Position numbers and translations under genes: made by a program. This document shows positions 1 through 8,238 of a stretch of DNA of 32,000 bases, piece after piece. The notes beneath the pieces were generated by a model. That model was not told the DNA's origin. It ran no database searches and worked only from the letters and a program-made list of their open reading frames with translations. The DNA is from Aliivibrio fischeri ES114. Its GTDB lineage: Bacteria; Pseudomonadota; Gammaproteobacteria; Enterobacterales; Vibrionaceae. The first letter of the stretch is position 1. Each line of letters begins with the position of its first letter. The DNA lies in the NCBI RefSeq assembly GCF_000011805.1, contig NC_006840.2. One strand, given 5' to 3'.

Positions 1-720
1 GTAGAAAAGGCAATAAATTATTGTTTAGATTGCCTACGTTACAATGGACAAGTTATTGGGCGTGAACTGCCAGTTGTGATGAAAGGAACAAACTTTGTTG
101 CTCGTGTTGTTTGTCCTGAAGTAGATTCATTACATCCAGACAATCACAGCCCACAAGTGAAATTAGCTTTCAAACAACTGAGTGAATTTGGATTATTACA
201 ACCTAAGGTTAAAGTGGTTGGCCAAGACATGAATTCAGATCCTAGTGATGAGAGTGAAACCGTTAGTTGGCAAATACTTTATACTAGCCATTTACATACA
301 TGTTCGCCTATTCGACATGGTGAAACATTTCAACCTATTCCATTATATCGTTTACCTGCGGTGGCTAATGGTGACCAAAAGCAGCTTATTAAATGGCAAG
401 AAGATTGGAGTGCATGTGATCAATTACAGATGAATGGCTCTGTTGTTGAGCATCCTTCATTACATGAGATCAGTTCAAGCAAAAGTCACCTATTCAAACG
501 TGGTTGGGATTTGTGTCGTCGTATGGCGGTGGTAAGTGGTATTCCAACGTATCTATACATTTATCGTGTGGCTGGCGAGAGTAAAGAGAAAGAGCAAGCA
601 CGTCGTTGCCCTGTGTGTGATGGAGATTGGGCTTTAAAAGAACCGCTTCATGAAGTGTTTGATTTCAAATGTGATGAGTGCTTACTAGTAAGTAATTTGT
701 CTTGGGACTTTAAAGACTAA
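1..720 (+). CDS. DUF2310-like zinc-ribbon protein; 5' end lies outside the window
   Basis: Frame 1 is open from base 1: VEKAINYCLDCLRYNGQVIGRELPVV precedes the listed Met at 76, so the ORF is cut by the window edge. CxxC pairs occur near both ends (CLDC; CPVCDG...CDEC), which gives a Zn-ribbon signature. A hairpin terminator follows. The family name is from memory of similar Vibrio/Shewanella proteins. Confidence 0.6.
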   Translation, partial: VEKAINYCLDCLRYNGQVIGRELPVVMKGTNFVARVVCPEVDSLHPDNHSPQVKLAFKQLSEFGLLQPKVKVVGQDMNSDPSDESETVSWQILYTSHLHTCSPIRHGETFQPIPLYRLPAVANGDQKQLIKWQEDWSACDQLQMNGSVVEHPSLHEISSSKSHLFKRGWDLCRRMAVVSGIPTYLYIYRVAGESKEKEQARRCPVCDGDWALKEPLHEVFDFKCDECLLVSNLSWDFKD

Positions 721-737
721 GTTCAGTTGAATAAAAA

Positions 738-763
738 TGGGAGCCTAGATGCTCCCATTTTTT
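738..763. terminator. Hairpin terminator between convergent genes
   Basis: The stem tgggagc (738-744) pairs with gctccca (751-757). An A-run lies upstream and a T-run (758-763) downstream, so it could work on both strands. It overlaps the yaiI stop codon. Confidence 0.6.
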
Positions 764-1211
764 ATATCTTGGCTTTGGCTAAAATACGATCAAGCTGGTT
801 TGCAAACTCTCTACGTTCTGTCTGAGAAAGAGGGGCTGGGCCACCAGTTTGAATGCCACTGGCACGCATTGTATCCATAAAATCACGGATATTTAATCGA
901 GCTTTAATCGTCGCTTCTGTATATAGCTCACCACGAGGGTTGAGCACTTGTACTTTCTTTTCAATGAGCTCTGCAGCTAATGGGATATCGGCGCTGATCA
1001 CCAAATCGCCTGCTTCAGATCGTTTTACGATTTCATCATCAGCAACATCAAATCCCGCTTCTACCTGCATAGAACGAATATTGGCTGCACTTGGTACAGG
1101 AATATAATGGTTAGCCACTAAAGTTAATTGAATTCCAGTTCGAGTTGCAGCACGAAATAGCACTTCTTTTACCACTTTTGGACATGCATCAGCATCTACC
1201 CAAATTTGCAT
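762..1211 (-). CDS. yaiI: UPF0178/DUF188 family protein YaiI
   Basis: 149 aa. The N-terminus [16 protein letters not shown] and the internal [12 protein letters not shown] are what I recognise as YaiI/YqxD family hallmarks. The start ATG overlaps the upstream gene's stop (TAATG). Confidence 0.85.
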   Translation of the reverse strand: MQIWVDADACPKVVKEVLFRAATRTGIQLTLVANHYIPVPSAANIRSMQVEAGFDVADDEIVKRSEAGDLVISADIPLAAELIEKKVQVLNPRGELYTEATIKARLNIRDFMDTMRASGIQTGGPAPLSQTERREFANQLDRILAKAKI

Positions 1212-1480
1212 TATTTATTCTCCAAAGCAATCAAGCGTTCTGTTAGCTCTTTTACTTGTTCTTCAAGTTGAGCAATACGTTCGTCTGCGGTTAATGAGGT
1301 TTCTCGAACTTCTATTTTGGGTACATGGGAAGTCGATTTAAAAGATTTTACCGCAGCAATAATCGCAGGCATTGGTATTTGGGTCGTTAAACGAGCTCGC
1401 ACTAGCGCTGTTGTTGGTTTTTTACCTTCATTGGTTAAATCTTGTAGGACTTTTTGCAGTTCATCCGTTACGTTTTTCAT
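1211..1480 (-). CDS. Small KfrA_N-like DNA-binding / coiled-coil protein
   Basis: 89 aa. The N-terminal part ([17 protein letters not shown]) resembles KfrA N-terminal DNA-binding domains. The C-terminal part ([23 protein letters not shown]) is a heptad-like coiled coil. The stop overlaps the yaiI start by 1 nt. The family call is tentative. Confidence 0.55.
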   Translation of the reverse strand: MKNVTDELQKVLQDLTNEGKKPTTALVRARLTTQIPMPAIIAAVKSFKSTSHVPKIEVRETSLTADERIAQLEEQVKELTERLIALENK

Positions 1481-1634
1481 TGTGACTTCCTATATTTCAG
1501 CTTTGCTTATAATAACGAATTCTATATACCGATCCAAATAAGTATTATTCTTTCTTAAAACTACAAAAGTGTGAACAAGATCGGTTTCTGTTTTCCTTTG
1601 TAACCTGATAAAAGTGGAAAAAACGGAATAGGCT

Positions 1635-1652
1635 TGTGCGAGATCTCTCACG
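1635..1652. promoter_or_regulatory. GacA/UvrY/VarA-type upstream activating box for the downstream sRNA
   Basis: TGTGCGAGATCTCTCACG is a near-palindrome built around GAGATCTC. It resembles the Gac box TGTAAG-N6-CTTACA and, as I recall it, the E. coli csrB UvrY site TGTGAGAGATCTCTTACA (15 of 18 positions by my alignment). It lies about 170-190 bp upstream of the inferred sRNA start, similar to E. coli csrB. Confidence 0.65.
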
Positions 1653-1821
1653 CAAGAGGTGAGAAATATCGTTTTTTTCATCATAAATATTGATGTGGCT
1701 ATATTTAACTTGTTGTTAATTAAGTTTTTTTGTTTTTTTGAATCGATTGGGATAAAAATAAAGATAAAAAATATGCTGCTAGACTATTGTTCAAAAAAGT
1801 CAAAAGCGTAGTCTTATTGGT

Positions 1822-2240
1822 GTCGGAAGGATACTGACACGGAACAGGAACTAGCCAAGGATTTGGTAAGCTTCAGGATGAAGCATTCGGTTATTTAGGA
1901 TGAATAATCGGCAAGGAAAGCAAAGGACATTGAACGGACGCAATAGTAACTAGGATGGTTGCTACTAAGGAAGACAATGGATACCTCTAGGATAGAGGAA
2001 GGACTGAACATCAGGATGATGTAAGGGACACCGCTCACGGAACAAGTGAAGAGAGTTAACGACGGACTGTTAACGGATCAGGATAAGATCAAGGACACCG
2101 CTAGGACGGCGACGAACGGAATAAGCTGAAGGAATCAGCATACTATCATGGATTTGATGCATGGAGCACCACTTAGTAGCCGGACTGCTGCGAGTAGAGT
2201 TATAACCCCATTAAGCGAGAGCTTGGTGGGGTTTTTCTTT
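1822..2240 (+). ncRNA. csrB: CsrB-family CsrA-sequestering sRNA
   Basis: No credible ORF is present. I counted 29 GGA trinucleotides between 1825 and 2184. At least 8 sit in hairpin loops as AGGAT(G/A)/AGGAA: 1870-1884 gcttcAGGATGaagc, 1891-1907, 1946-1962, 1984-1998, 2008-2022, 2076-2090, 2125-2139. The 5' end GTCGGAAGGA resembles the E. coli csrB 5' end GTCGACAGGGA (from memory). It ends in a strong intrinsic terminator. The exact 5' end is inferred; a possible -35 TTCAAA lies at 1790-1795 and a -10 TCTTAT at 1812-1817. Confidence 0.85.
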
Positions 2241-2244
2241 TTCT
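2206..2244 (+). terminator. Rho-independent terminator of the CsrB-like sRNA
   Basis: ccccattaagc (2206-2216) pairs with gcttggtgggg (2221-2231), including two G-U pairs. The loop is gaga, and tttttcttttt follows. Confidence 0.85.
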
Positions 2245-2346
2245 AGGCCATCATTATCACTTGTATACCCACCGAACACGCTCATTCTCTAGTTTAAAAA
2301 AACATCAATTCATCTAGATCACATTTTTAATCGCTAAATTATCAAT

Positions 2347-2368
2347 ATTCGTGAGTTGAATCATATTT
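2347..2368. promoter_or_regulatory. Candidate CRP site upstream of the cel operon
   Basis: attCGTGAgttgaaTCATAttt compared with the consensus TGTGA-N6-TCACA. Each half-site matches 4 of 5 positions and the flanks are AT-rich. I could not place a clean -35/-10 relative to it. Confidence 0.3.
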
Positions 2369-2382
2369 GCTCAATTATGATA

Positions 2383-2410
2383 TGTAACCGGTTACTGAAA
2401 CCGGTTACAT
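2383..2410. promoter_or_regulatory. Tandem LacI-family operators (probable CelI binding sites)
   Basis: tGTAACCGGTTACtGAAACCGGTTACat. The first 12-mer, GTAACCGGTTAC, is a perfect palindrome. The second, GAAACCGGTTAC, differs at one position. The central CG and the TG..A/T..CA arms fit the LacI/GalR operator pattern. It lies 55-80 bp upstream of the first cel gene. Confidence 0.6.
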
Positions 2411-2464
2411 TTCTCCTCAGTGAATAAAAGTTAATAAATTTATAATTCTAATTAGGGGTGAACA

Positions 2465-3820
2465 ATGGGTACTCAAGCGGTAAATTTGCAAAGTACTATC
2501 ATGGAAAAGGTGAATAAATTCCTACCTAAAATTTTAAAGGTTGTGAATTCAAAACCGATCGTAGCGATTAAAGAAGGCTTCATGTTAACAATGCCATTGA
2601 CCATTATAGGTTCAGTGTTTTTGTTATTGGCGTTTGTACCTATTGATGGTTACAACGAGTTTATGGCTGGAATTTTTGGAGCAGAATGGTCAACACCATT
2701 GTTTCAAGTTGTAGGGGCAACATTTGATATTTTGGCACTAATTGGTGCTTTTGGTATTGCGTATACTTACGTTAAATATGAAGGACATAATGGTGTAAAT
2801 GCGGGGGTATTAGCCATTGTTTCTCTTCTTATTGTAATGAATGCCTTTGTTGTCGCACCTGATGGTGTAACTCAAATTGGTGGCGTAATACCGAAAGCCT
2901 TTCTTGGTGGTAAAGGTATGATCGCAGCAATCGTGATTGGTTTAGTTGTTGGTATTATTTATTCAATGGCCTTTAATCGTAATTGGGTTATCAAACTACC
3001 TGATAGTGTGCCTGAAGGGGTATCCAATGCATTTAAATCGCTTATTCCTGGTTTTCTTATTATCACTCTTGCTTTCTTAACGTATATCTTCTTTGAAGTT
3101 GTATTTGAAAGAACCTTTATTGAAACCATTTATCATATTATTCAAACACCACTACAAAGCATGTCTGATTCATTCTTTGGAGCGGTTGGTATTGCTTTGC
3201 TTATTTCTCTGCTTTGGTGGTGTGGTGTTCATGGTCCAGTTATTGTTATGGGCATCATGGGACCAATCGTGACTGCGAACGCACTTCATAATCAATCTAT
3301 CGTTAATGCAGGCGAAGCATTGATTGCTGGCGAAAATGGCAAAGTGGTAACTAACCAGTTTGTTGACCAATTCATTACTGTTGGCGGTTCAGGTCTAACG
3401 TTTGGTTTAGTGTGCTGTATGGTGTTATTTGCTCGTTCTATTCAGTTCAAACAACTTGGTCGTCTTTCTTTTATCCCAGGTATTTTCAATATCAATGAAC
3501 CTGTGATTTTTGCAACTCCAATTATCTTTAACCCAATCATGTTTATTCCATTTGTAACAGCACCAGTGCTATCAGCAATTATGGTTTATACGTCAATTAA
3601 TATGGGATTTGTTGGTCCATTTACCGCAGTTCAAGTGCCTTGGACAACGCCTATGGTGCTTAGCGGATTCATCGTTGGTGGTTGGAGTGCAGCATTACTA
3701 CAAATAGCCGTGTTCTGTATGACAGTGTGCGTTTATTTCCCATTCTTTAAATATCAAGACAAGTTAGCAGCTCAAGATGAAGCAAAGGCAGCAGCGCCAA
3801 CATCACAAGCAACAGCTTAA
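2465..3820 (+). CDS. celC: PTS cellobiose/beta-glucoside family transporter subunit IIC
   Basis: 451 aa and highly hydrophobic with many TM segments, matching the lactose/cellobiose IIC family layout. An RBS AGGGGTG lies 5 nt before the ATG. The symbol follows my recollection of the A. fischeri celCBGKAI nomenclature (IIC=celC). Confidence 0.85.
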   Translation: MGTQAVNLQSTIMEKVNKFLPKILKVVNSKPIVAIKEGFMLTMPLTIIGSVFLLLAFVPIDGYNEFMAGIFGAEWSTPLFQVVGATFDILALIGAFGIAYTYVKYEGHNGVNAGVLAIVSLLIVMNAFVVAPDGVTQIGGVIPKAFLGGKGMIAAIVIGLVVGIIYSMAFNRNWVIKLPDSVPEGVSNAFKSLIPGFLIITLAFLTYIFFEVVFERTFIETIYHIIQTPLQSMSDSFFGAVGIALLISLLWWCGVHGPVIVMGIMGPIVTANALHNQSIVNAGEALIAGENGKVVTNQFVDQFITVGGSGLTFGLVCCMVLFARSIQFKQLGRLSFIPGIFNINEPVIFATPIIFNPIMFIPFVTAPVLSAIMVYTSINMGFVGPFTAVQVPWTTPMVLSGFIVGGWSAALLQIAVFCMTVCVYFPFFKYQDKLAAQDEAKAAAPTSQATA

Positions 3821-3852
3821 TTAAAACAGATTAGATGAGTATCGAGGTTATT

Positions 3853-4158
3853 ATGAAAAAGATTTTATTACTATGTGCAGCAGGTATGTCTACGTCAATG
3901 GTTGTAAAAAAAATGCGTGAATCAGCAGAACAAAAAGGACTAGATATTCATATCGAAGCCCACGGTGTTGAAACGATTCAAGACTATTTATCTGAATATG
4001 ATTTATTCCTATTAGGGCCACAAATTCGTTTTAAAAAAGATGAACTTCAGAAACTGGCAGATGAAGTAAATAAGAAAGTCGAAGTCATCGACATGATGGA
4101 TTACGGCATGATGAAAGGCGAGAAGATTCTAAATGATGCATTGGCTCTTTTAGACTAA
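3853..4158 (+). CDS. celB: PTS cellobiose-family subunit IIB
   Basis: MKKILLLCAAGMSTSMVV contains the IIB active-site Cys motif. I moved the start from 3835 to 3853 because GAGG sits 5-6 nt upstream and family members start at MKKIL. Confidence 0.85.
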   Translation: MKKILLLCAAGMSTSMVVKKMRESAEQKGLDIHIEAHGVETIQDYLSEYDLFLLGPQIRFKKDELQKLADEVNKKVEVIDMMDYGMMKGEKILNDALALLD

Positions 4159-4197
4159 CAATATTCAGTTGGCTACAGTAATAGACAGGAATTTGAA

Positions 4198-5607
4198 ATG
4201 AAATTTGCACATGATTTTTTATTTGGCGCAGCAACCGCTTCTTATCAAGTGGAAGGCGCGTGGGATCAAGATGGTAAAGGTCCTACAAACTGGGATGAGT
4301 TTACTAAAATACCAGGAAAAACGTTTGAAGGAACTAACGGTGATGTCGCGGTTGATCATTACAATCGTTATAAAGAAGACATCGCTTTAATGGCGGAAAT
4401 GGGGTTAGAGTCATACCGTTTTTCAATTTCTTGGGCTCGTATTTTCCCAAATGGAACGGGTGAAATTAACCAAAAAGGCATCGATTTTTATAATAATCTG
4501 ATCGATGAATGTTTGAAATATGGCATTGTTCCTTTTGTTACCCTATATCACTGGGATCTGCCATTAGCACTAGAAAAAGAAGGTGCATGGTTAAATAAAG
4601 CAACGGGCGATGCGTATGTCGAGTTCGCTAAATTATGTTTCAACGAATTCGGTGACCGTGTTAAGCATTTTATAACGTTTAATGAAACGGTTGTGTTCTG
4701 TGCTCTAGGATATATGGCAGGCGCACACCCACCAGGCATTCAAAATGACCCGAAAAAATACTTCCAAGCAACACATAACGTATTTTACGCTCATGCTAAA
4801 GCAGTGATTGAATATAAAAAATTAAATCAATTTGGTGAGATTGGTTTGAGTCATGTATTTAGCCCTGCATTTGGGGTTGATGATTCTGAAGAGAGTCACT
4901 TTGCTGCAATGCATGCGAATCAATTTAGTATGAACTGGTTCTATGATCCTATTTTGCTTGGTAAATACCCAGAGTATGTAGTTAAGCAATTACAAGAAGA
5001 AGGTAACCTTCCTGATTGGACGGATGAAGAGCTACAAACTATTTTTGAAGCCGCACCTTTGAATGACTTTATGGGATTGAATTATTACCAGCCTCAGCGT
5101 GTAGAGAAAATTCAAGGGGATGTTGAAGCTCGTACGATTACACGAGAAAACTCAACGGGCTCACCTGGTAACCCTAGTTACGATAATGTGTACCGTACTG
5201 TGAAAATGGCAGATAAAAAGTACACGAAATGGGATTGGGAAATTTCACCTGAAGGGTTTGTTGGCGGATTAGAAATGCTGAAAGAGCACTATGGTCAAAT
5301 TAAACTCTACATCACGGAAAATGGTTTAGGTGATGAAGATCCAATCATTGAAGGTGAAGTGTGCGATATTCCACGTATTAATTTTATTAAAGAGCACTTA
5401 GGTGCGGTAAAAGAAGCGGTTCGTCGTGGTGTTCATATTAAAGGGTATTACGCTTGGTCTGCCATTGACTTATTAAGTTGGTTAAATGGTTATAAAAAGC
5501 AATATGGTTTTATCTATGTAGATCATCAAAATGGATTGGCTCGTAAGAAAAAAGCATCATTCCACTGGTTTAAAGATGTCATAGCCACTCGTGGTGAAGA
5601 TATTTAA
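4198..5607 (+). CDS. celG: Glycoside hydrolase family 1 6-phospho-beta-glucosidase
   Basis: 469 aa. GH1 motifs are present: FLFGAATASYQVEGA, the acid/base TFNET and the nucleophile YITENG. It sits within a PTS operon, which implies a phosphorylated substrate. Confidence 0.9.
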   Translation: MKFAHDFLFGAATASYQVEGAWDQDGKGPTNWDEFTKIPGKTFEGTNGDVAVDHYNRYKEDIALMAEMGLESYRFSISWARIFPNGTGEINQKGIDFYNNLIDECLKYGIVPFVTLYHWDLPLALEKEGAWLNKATGDAYVEFAKLCFNEFGDRVKHFITFNETVVFCALGYMAGAHPPGIQNDPKKYFQATHNVFYAHAKAVIEYKKLNQFGEIGLSHVFSPAFGVDDSEESHFAAMHANQFSMNWFYDPILLGKYPEYVVKQLQEEGNLPDWTDEELQTIFEAAPLNDFMGLNYYQPQRVEKIQGDVEARTITRENSTGSPGNPSYDNVYRTVKMADKKYTKWDWEISPEGFVGGLEMLKEHYGQIKLYITENGLGDEDPIIEGEVCDIPRINFIKEHLGAVKEAVRRGVHIKGYYAWSAIDLLSWLNGYKKQYGFIYVDHQNGLARKKKASFHWFKDVIATRGEDI

Positions 5608-5633
5608 CTGAAATAAAGAGAGAAGTTCGCATT

Positions 5634-6569
5634 ATGGCAACGTACATTTCGTTTGATATTGGTGGTACAGACATAAAGTTTGGCGTGTTAAATGAACAAG
5701 GAAAAGTTCTTGAGCAAGGGAAAGTGAAAACTGAAACTTGCGGAGAAAAAATCATTGCCACTCTTGTGGATATAAAAGAGCAGTGGTCAAAAAAGTATAC
5801 GTTCGATGGTGCAGCTTTCTCTCTTCCTGGATTTGTAGATGTAAACACAGGGTATTTAAAAACGGGTGGAGCAATTGATGATTTCTACGGTTTTCAATTT
5901 AAAGATGAATTAACCAAGAAGTTATCGTTACCTGTTGAATTAGAGAATGATGTTAACTGTGTAGCGCTTGCTGAAAAATGGCTCGGTAAAGCACAACATG
6001 TTGAGAATTTTATCTGTATTACGATAGGCACAGGTATTGGTGGTGCTATCTATATTAATAATCAAATGGTTCGAGGTCATGGCTTTATGGCTGGAGAGTT
6101 TGGTTATATGTTTACAAGAAATGTATTTGATATTGAAGATAAAGCAACAGCAAGTATGAGTTTTACTGCATCAGTCAGAGAAGGGTTAAGACGTCGTTAT
6201 TCAACATTAAAAAATATTAATAGTATTGATAATATATCAGGAAAAGATATTTTTGAACTCGCATCAACAGGTGATGAAGTAGCAATAAAAGTAATTGATG
6301 ACTTTTATAATAATATTGCTATCGGTTTATATAACCTTACGTTTATTTTAAATCCAGAAAAAATAATTATTGGTGGAGCGATAAGTAGTCGAGAAGATTT
6401 GATTTCTAATATTGAAAAGAAATTTAATCAGATTATTAAAAGCCAAAGTTCAATTAATGAATTTAATGTTAAAGAGTTAGTTTCCATTGAGAAAAGTACA
6501 TTTAATAATGACAGTGGATTAATTGGAGCGGTATATCACTTTTTAACAATGAAAAACAAATTTAAATAG
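5634..6569 (+). CDS. celK: ROK-family sugar kinase (glucokinase-like)
   Basis: 311 aa. The N-terminal DIGGTDIKFG ATP-binding motif and the central GTGIGGAI...GHGFMAGEFGY are ROK signatures. The 3' half is visibly more AT-rich than the flanking genes. Confidence 0.8.
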   Translation: MATYISFDIGGTDIKFGVLNEQGKVLEQGKVKTETCGEKIIATLVDIKEQWSKKYTFDGAAFSLPGFVDVNTGYLKTGGAIDDFYGFQFKDELTKKLSLPVELENDVNCVALAEKWLGKAQHVENFICITIGTGIGGAIYINNQMVRGHGFMAGEFGYMFTRNVFDIEDKATASMSFTASVREGLRRRYSTLKNINSIDNISGKDIFELASTGDEVAIKVIDDFYNNIAIGLYNLTFILNPEKIIIGGAISSREDLISNIEKKFNQIIKSQSSINEFNVKELVSIEKSTFNNDSGLIGAVYHFLTMKNKFK

Positions 6570-6580
6570 GAATAAAGAAT

Positions 6581-6904
6581 ATGCTAGTCGGTGAAGAGTT
6601 AGAAACTACAGTAATGGAACTTATTATTAATGCAGGTGAATCTAAATCATGTGCAATGGAAGCGTTACGAGCAGCAAAATCTGGCGAATGGGATAAAGTT
6701 GATGATCTTTTAAAGCAATCAGCTGAAGCTTCGAAAAGAGCGCATGATGTGCAAACACAGCTTATTGGCATGGATGAGGGAGAAGGAAAAGTGCCTGTAA
6801 ATTTAATTATGGTGCACGCCCAAGATCATATTATGACCTCTATGCTTGCAAAAGAGATGATTCAAGAGCTAATTGAGATTCATCGCGCGTTGCAGAATAA
6901 ATAA
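6581..6904 (+). CDS. celA: PTS lactose/cellobiose-family subunit IIA
   Basis: 107 aa. ELIINAGESKS...LIMVHAQDHIMTSMLA matches the IIA(Lac/Cel) helical-bundle family, including the phosphorylatable His in HAQDH. Confidence 0.85.
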   Translation: MLVGEELETTVMELIINAGESKSCAMEALRAAKSGEWDKVDDLLKQSAEASKRAHDVQTQLIGMDEGEGKVPVNLIMVHAQDHIMTSMLAKEMIQELIEIHRALQNK

Positions 6905-6914
6905 TAAAGTGTAT

Positions 6915-6946
6915 TTAGCGTAATAACTTAGCTATTATTACGCTAA
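6915..6946 (+). terminator. 12-bp perfect hairpin between celA and celI (partial terminator or processing site)
   Basis: ttagcgtaataa (6915-6926) pairs with ttattacgctaa (6935-6946) around an 8-nt loop. Only a short T-run (ttt) follows, so termination may be weak. Confidence 0.4.
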
Positions 6947-6973
6947 TTTCATCTACATATTTTTGAGGGCTCA

Positions 6974-7978
6974 ATGGCAACAATCAATGACGTATGTAAG
7001 CTTGCAGGTGTTTCTAAAGCGACCGTTTCTCGAGTAATGAATGGAAAAGGTCCAGTAAAAGAAGAAACAAAAAAACTGATTTTTGATGCAATGGAAACAT
7101 TAGACTATAAACCGAGCCTTGTCGCTCAAGCATTGGCAACAAATAGTTCTAATAGTATTGGCCTTATTGTGTCGTTCTTTGATGGTTATTATTTTGGTAT
7201 TTTACTCAAAGAAGCGACAAGAATTGCAGAAGAATCAGGAAAGCAATTAATCGTCACTGACGGTCATAATCAAGTTGAAACTGAGATCGAAGCCATTAAT
7301 TCACTAGTGGCAAGAAAGTGTGATGCTATTTTAATTTATAGTCGCACGATGACGGCTGATGATTATTGCGAAATTCAGAAAAAACTGCCGATCCCACTTG
7401 TTGTTATTAATCGAACCTTACCTGATGGCTTAGGGCACGCAGTTGCTTTTGACCAATATAATGCAAGTCAAATGGCTATTGAGCATCTTGTTGGATTAGG
7501 GCATAAAAACATTGCGATTATCACCCTTAATATGACATCAAGTACTGGTCAAATTCGCTTGAAAGGAGCGAAAGAAACGCTTGAAAAACATGGTATTGCT
7601 TATGATGATAACTTAACCATAATAAAGAATGGTAAGTTAGAAGATGGGTATCAAGCATGTAAAGAGTTGCTGAAGCGTTCACAAGATATTTCTGCTATTT
7701 TTTGTTTTAATGATCATTTAGCACTCGGTGCAATTAAAGCCTTAAAAGAGATGAATATTCGTGTTCCTGAAGATATTTCCATCGTTGGGATAGATAATGA
7801 TGAGATTTCTGCATTTTTATCTCCAGCGTTAACAACGATTAATATTCCTATTCAAAAAGTAACTCAGTTGGCAATGGATAAAGCATTGAGATTGATTTCT
7901 GATAAAGAAGTAAAAGCAACAACTGAAATATTAAAAGGTAATATAATTGTTCGTGAATCAACAAAGAATATTAATTAA
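6974..7978 (+). CDS. celI: LacI-family transcriptional repressor
   Basis: 334 aa. The N-terminal HTH is MATINDVCKLAGVSKATVSRVMNG, followed by a periplasmic-binding-protein-like sugar-binding core. A matching palindromic operator lies upstream of the cluster. Confidence 0.9.
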   Translation: MATINDVCKLAGVSKATVSRVMNGKGPVKEETKKLIFDAMETLDYKPSLVAQALATNSSNSIGLIVSFFDGYYFGILLKEATRIAEESGKQLIVTDGHNQVETEIEAINSLVARKCDAILIYSRTMTADDYCEIQKKLPIPLVVINRTLPDGLGHAVAFDQYNASQMAIEHLVGLGHKNIAIITLNMTSSTGQIRLKGAKETLEKHGIAYDDNLTIIKNGKLEDGYQACKELLKRSQDISAIFCFNDHLALGAIKALKEMNIRVPEDISIVGIDNDEISAFLSPALTTINIPIQKVTQLAMDKALRLISDKEVKATTEILKGNIIVRESTKNIN

Positions 7979-7996
7979 ACTATTTTATTTTTAATT

Positions 7997-8022
7997 AAGC
8001 ATCGATTAATTGGTGCTTTTTT
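7997..8022 (+). terminator. Probable terminator after celI
   Basis: aagcatc (7997-8003) pairs with ggtgctt (8012-8018) with one G-U pair. The following sequence runs into tttttt. Confidence 0.5.
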
Positions 8023-8238
8023 ATTTTTATTGGATAGATACCTCTTAAAAAGCTAAAAATAAAATATATATAAATATAAAACGTGCGTGATCAGGTTAAT
8101 ATTTAAAAATTATAACTATTGAATGTTAATAATATAACAGTAAATAATTTAATTAGTTCATGAATGAGTCGTAAATATAATTCGATAATATTCATGATGA
8201 TTTTAAATTGCTGCTTTAATATTTATTAAGGAATTATA

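Noticed and set aside
1490-1684. 64-aa ORF on the minus strand upstream of the KfrA_N-like gene
   Set aside because: It lies in the divergent promoter region and runs straight through the GacA/UvrY-type palindrome. It has no RBS, and the sequence is low-complexity and family-free. It is most likely a chance ORF in AT-rich DNA.
3170-6771. Antisense or out-of-frame small ORFs within the cel genes (3170-3370, 4205-4390, 4548-4739, 5579-5848, 6562-6771), and similar ones elsewhere (245-433, 853-1107, 1317-1541, 11454-11765, 12872-13063, 13191-13373, 15206-15394, 17134-17364, 18340-18522, 18727-18939, 19520-19711, 20584-20766, 21033-21236, 22632-22928, 23486-23671, 25643-25846, 26150-26350, 28062-28289, 28713-28931, 30021-30215, 31743-31943)
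   Set aside because: All are nested in or antisense to well-supported conserved genes. They lack ribosome-binding sites and have compositions typical of non-coding frames.
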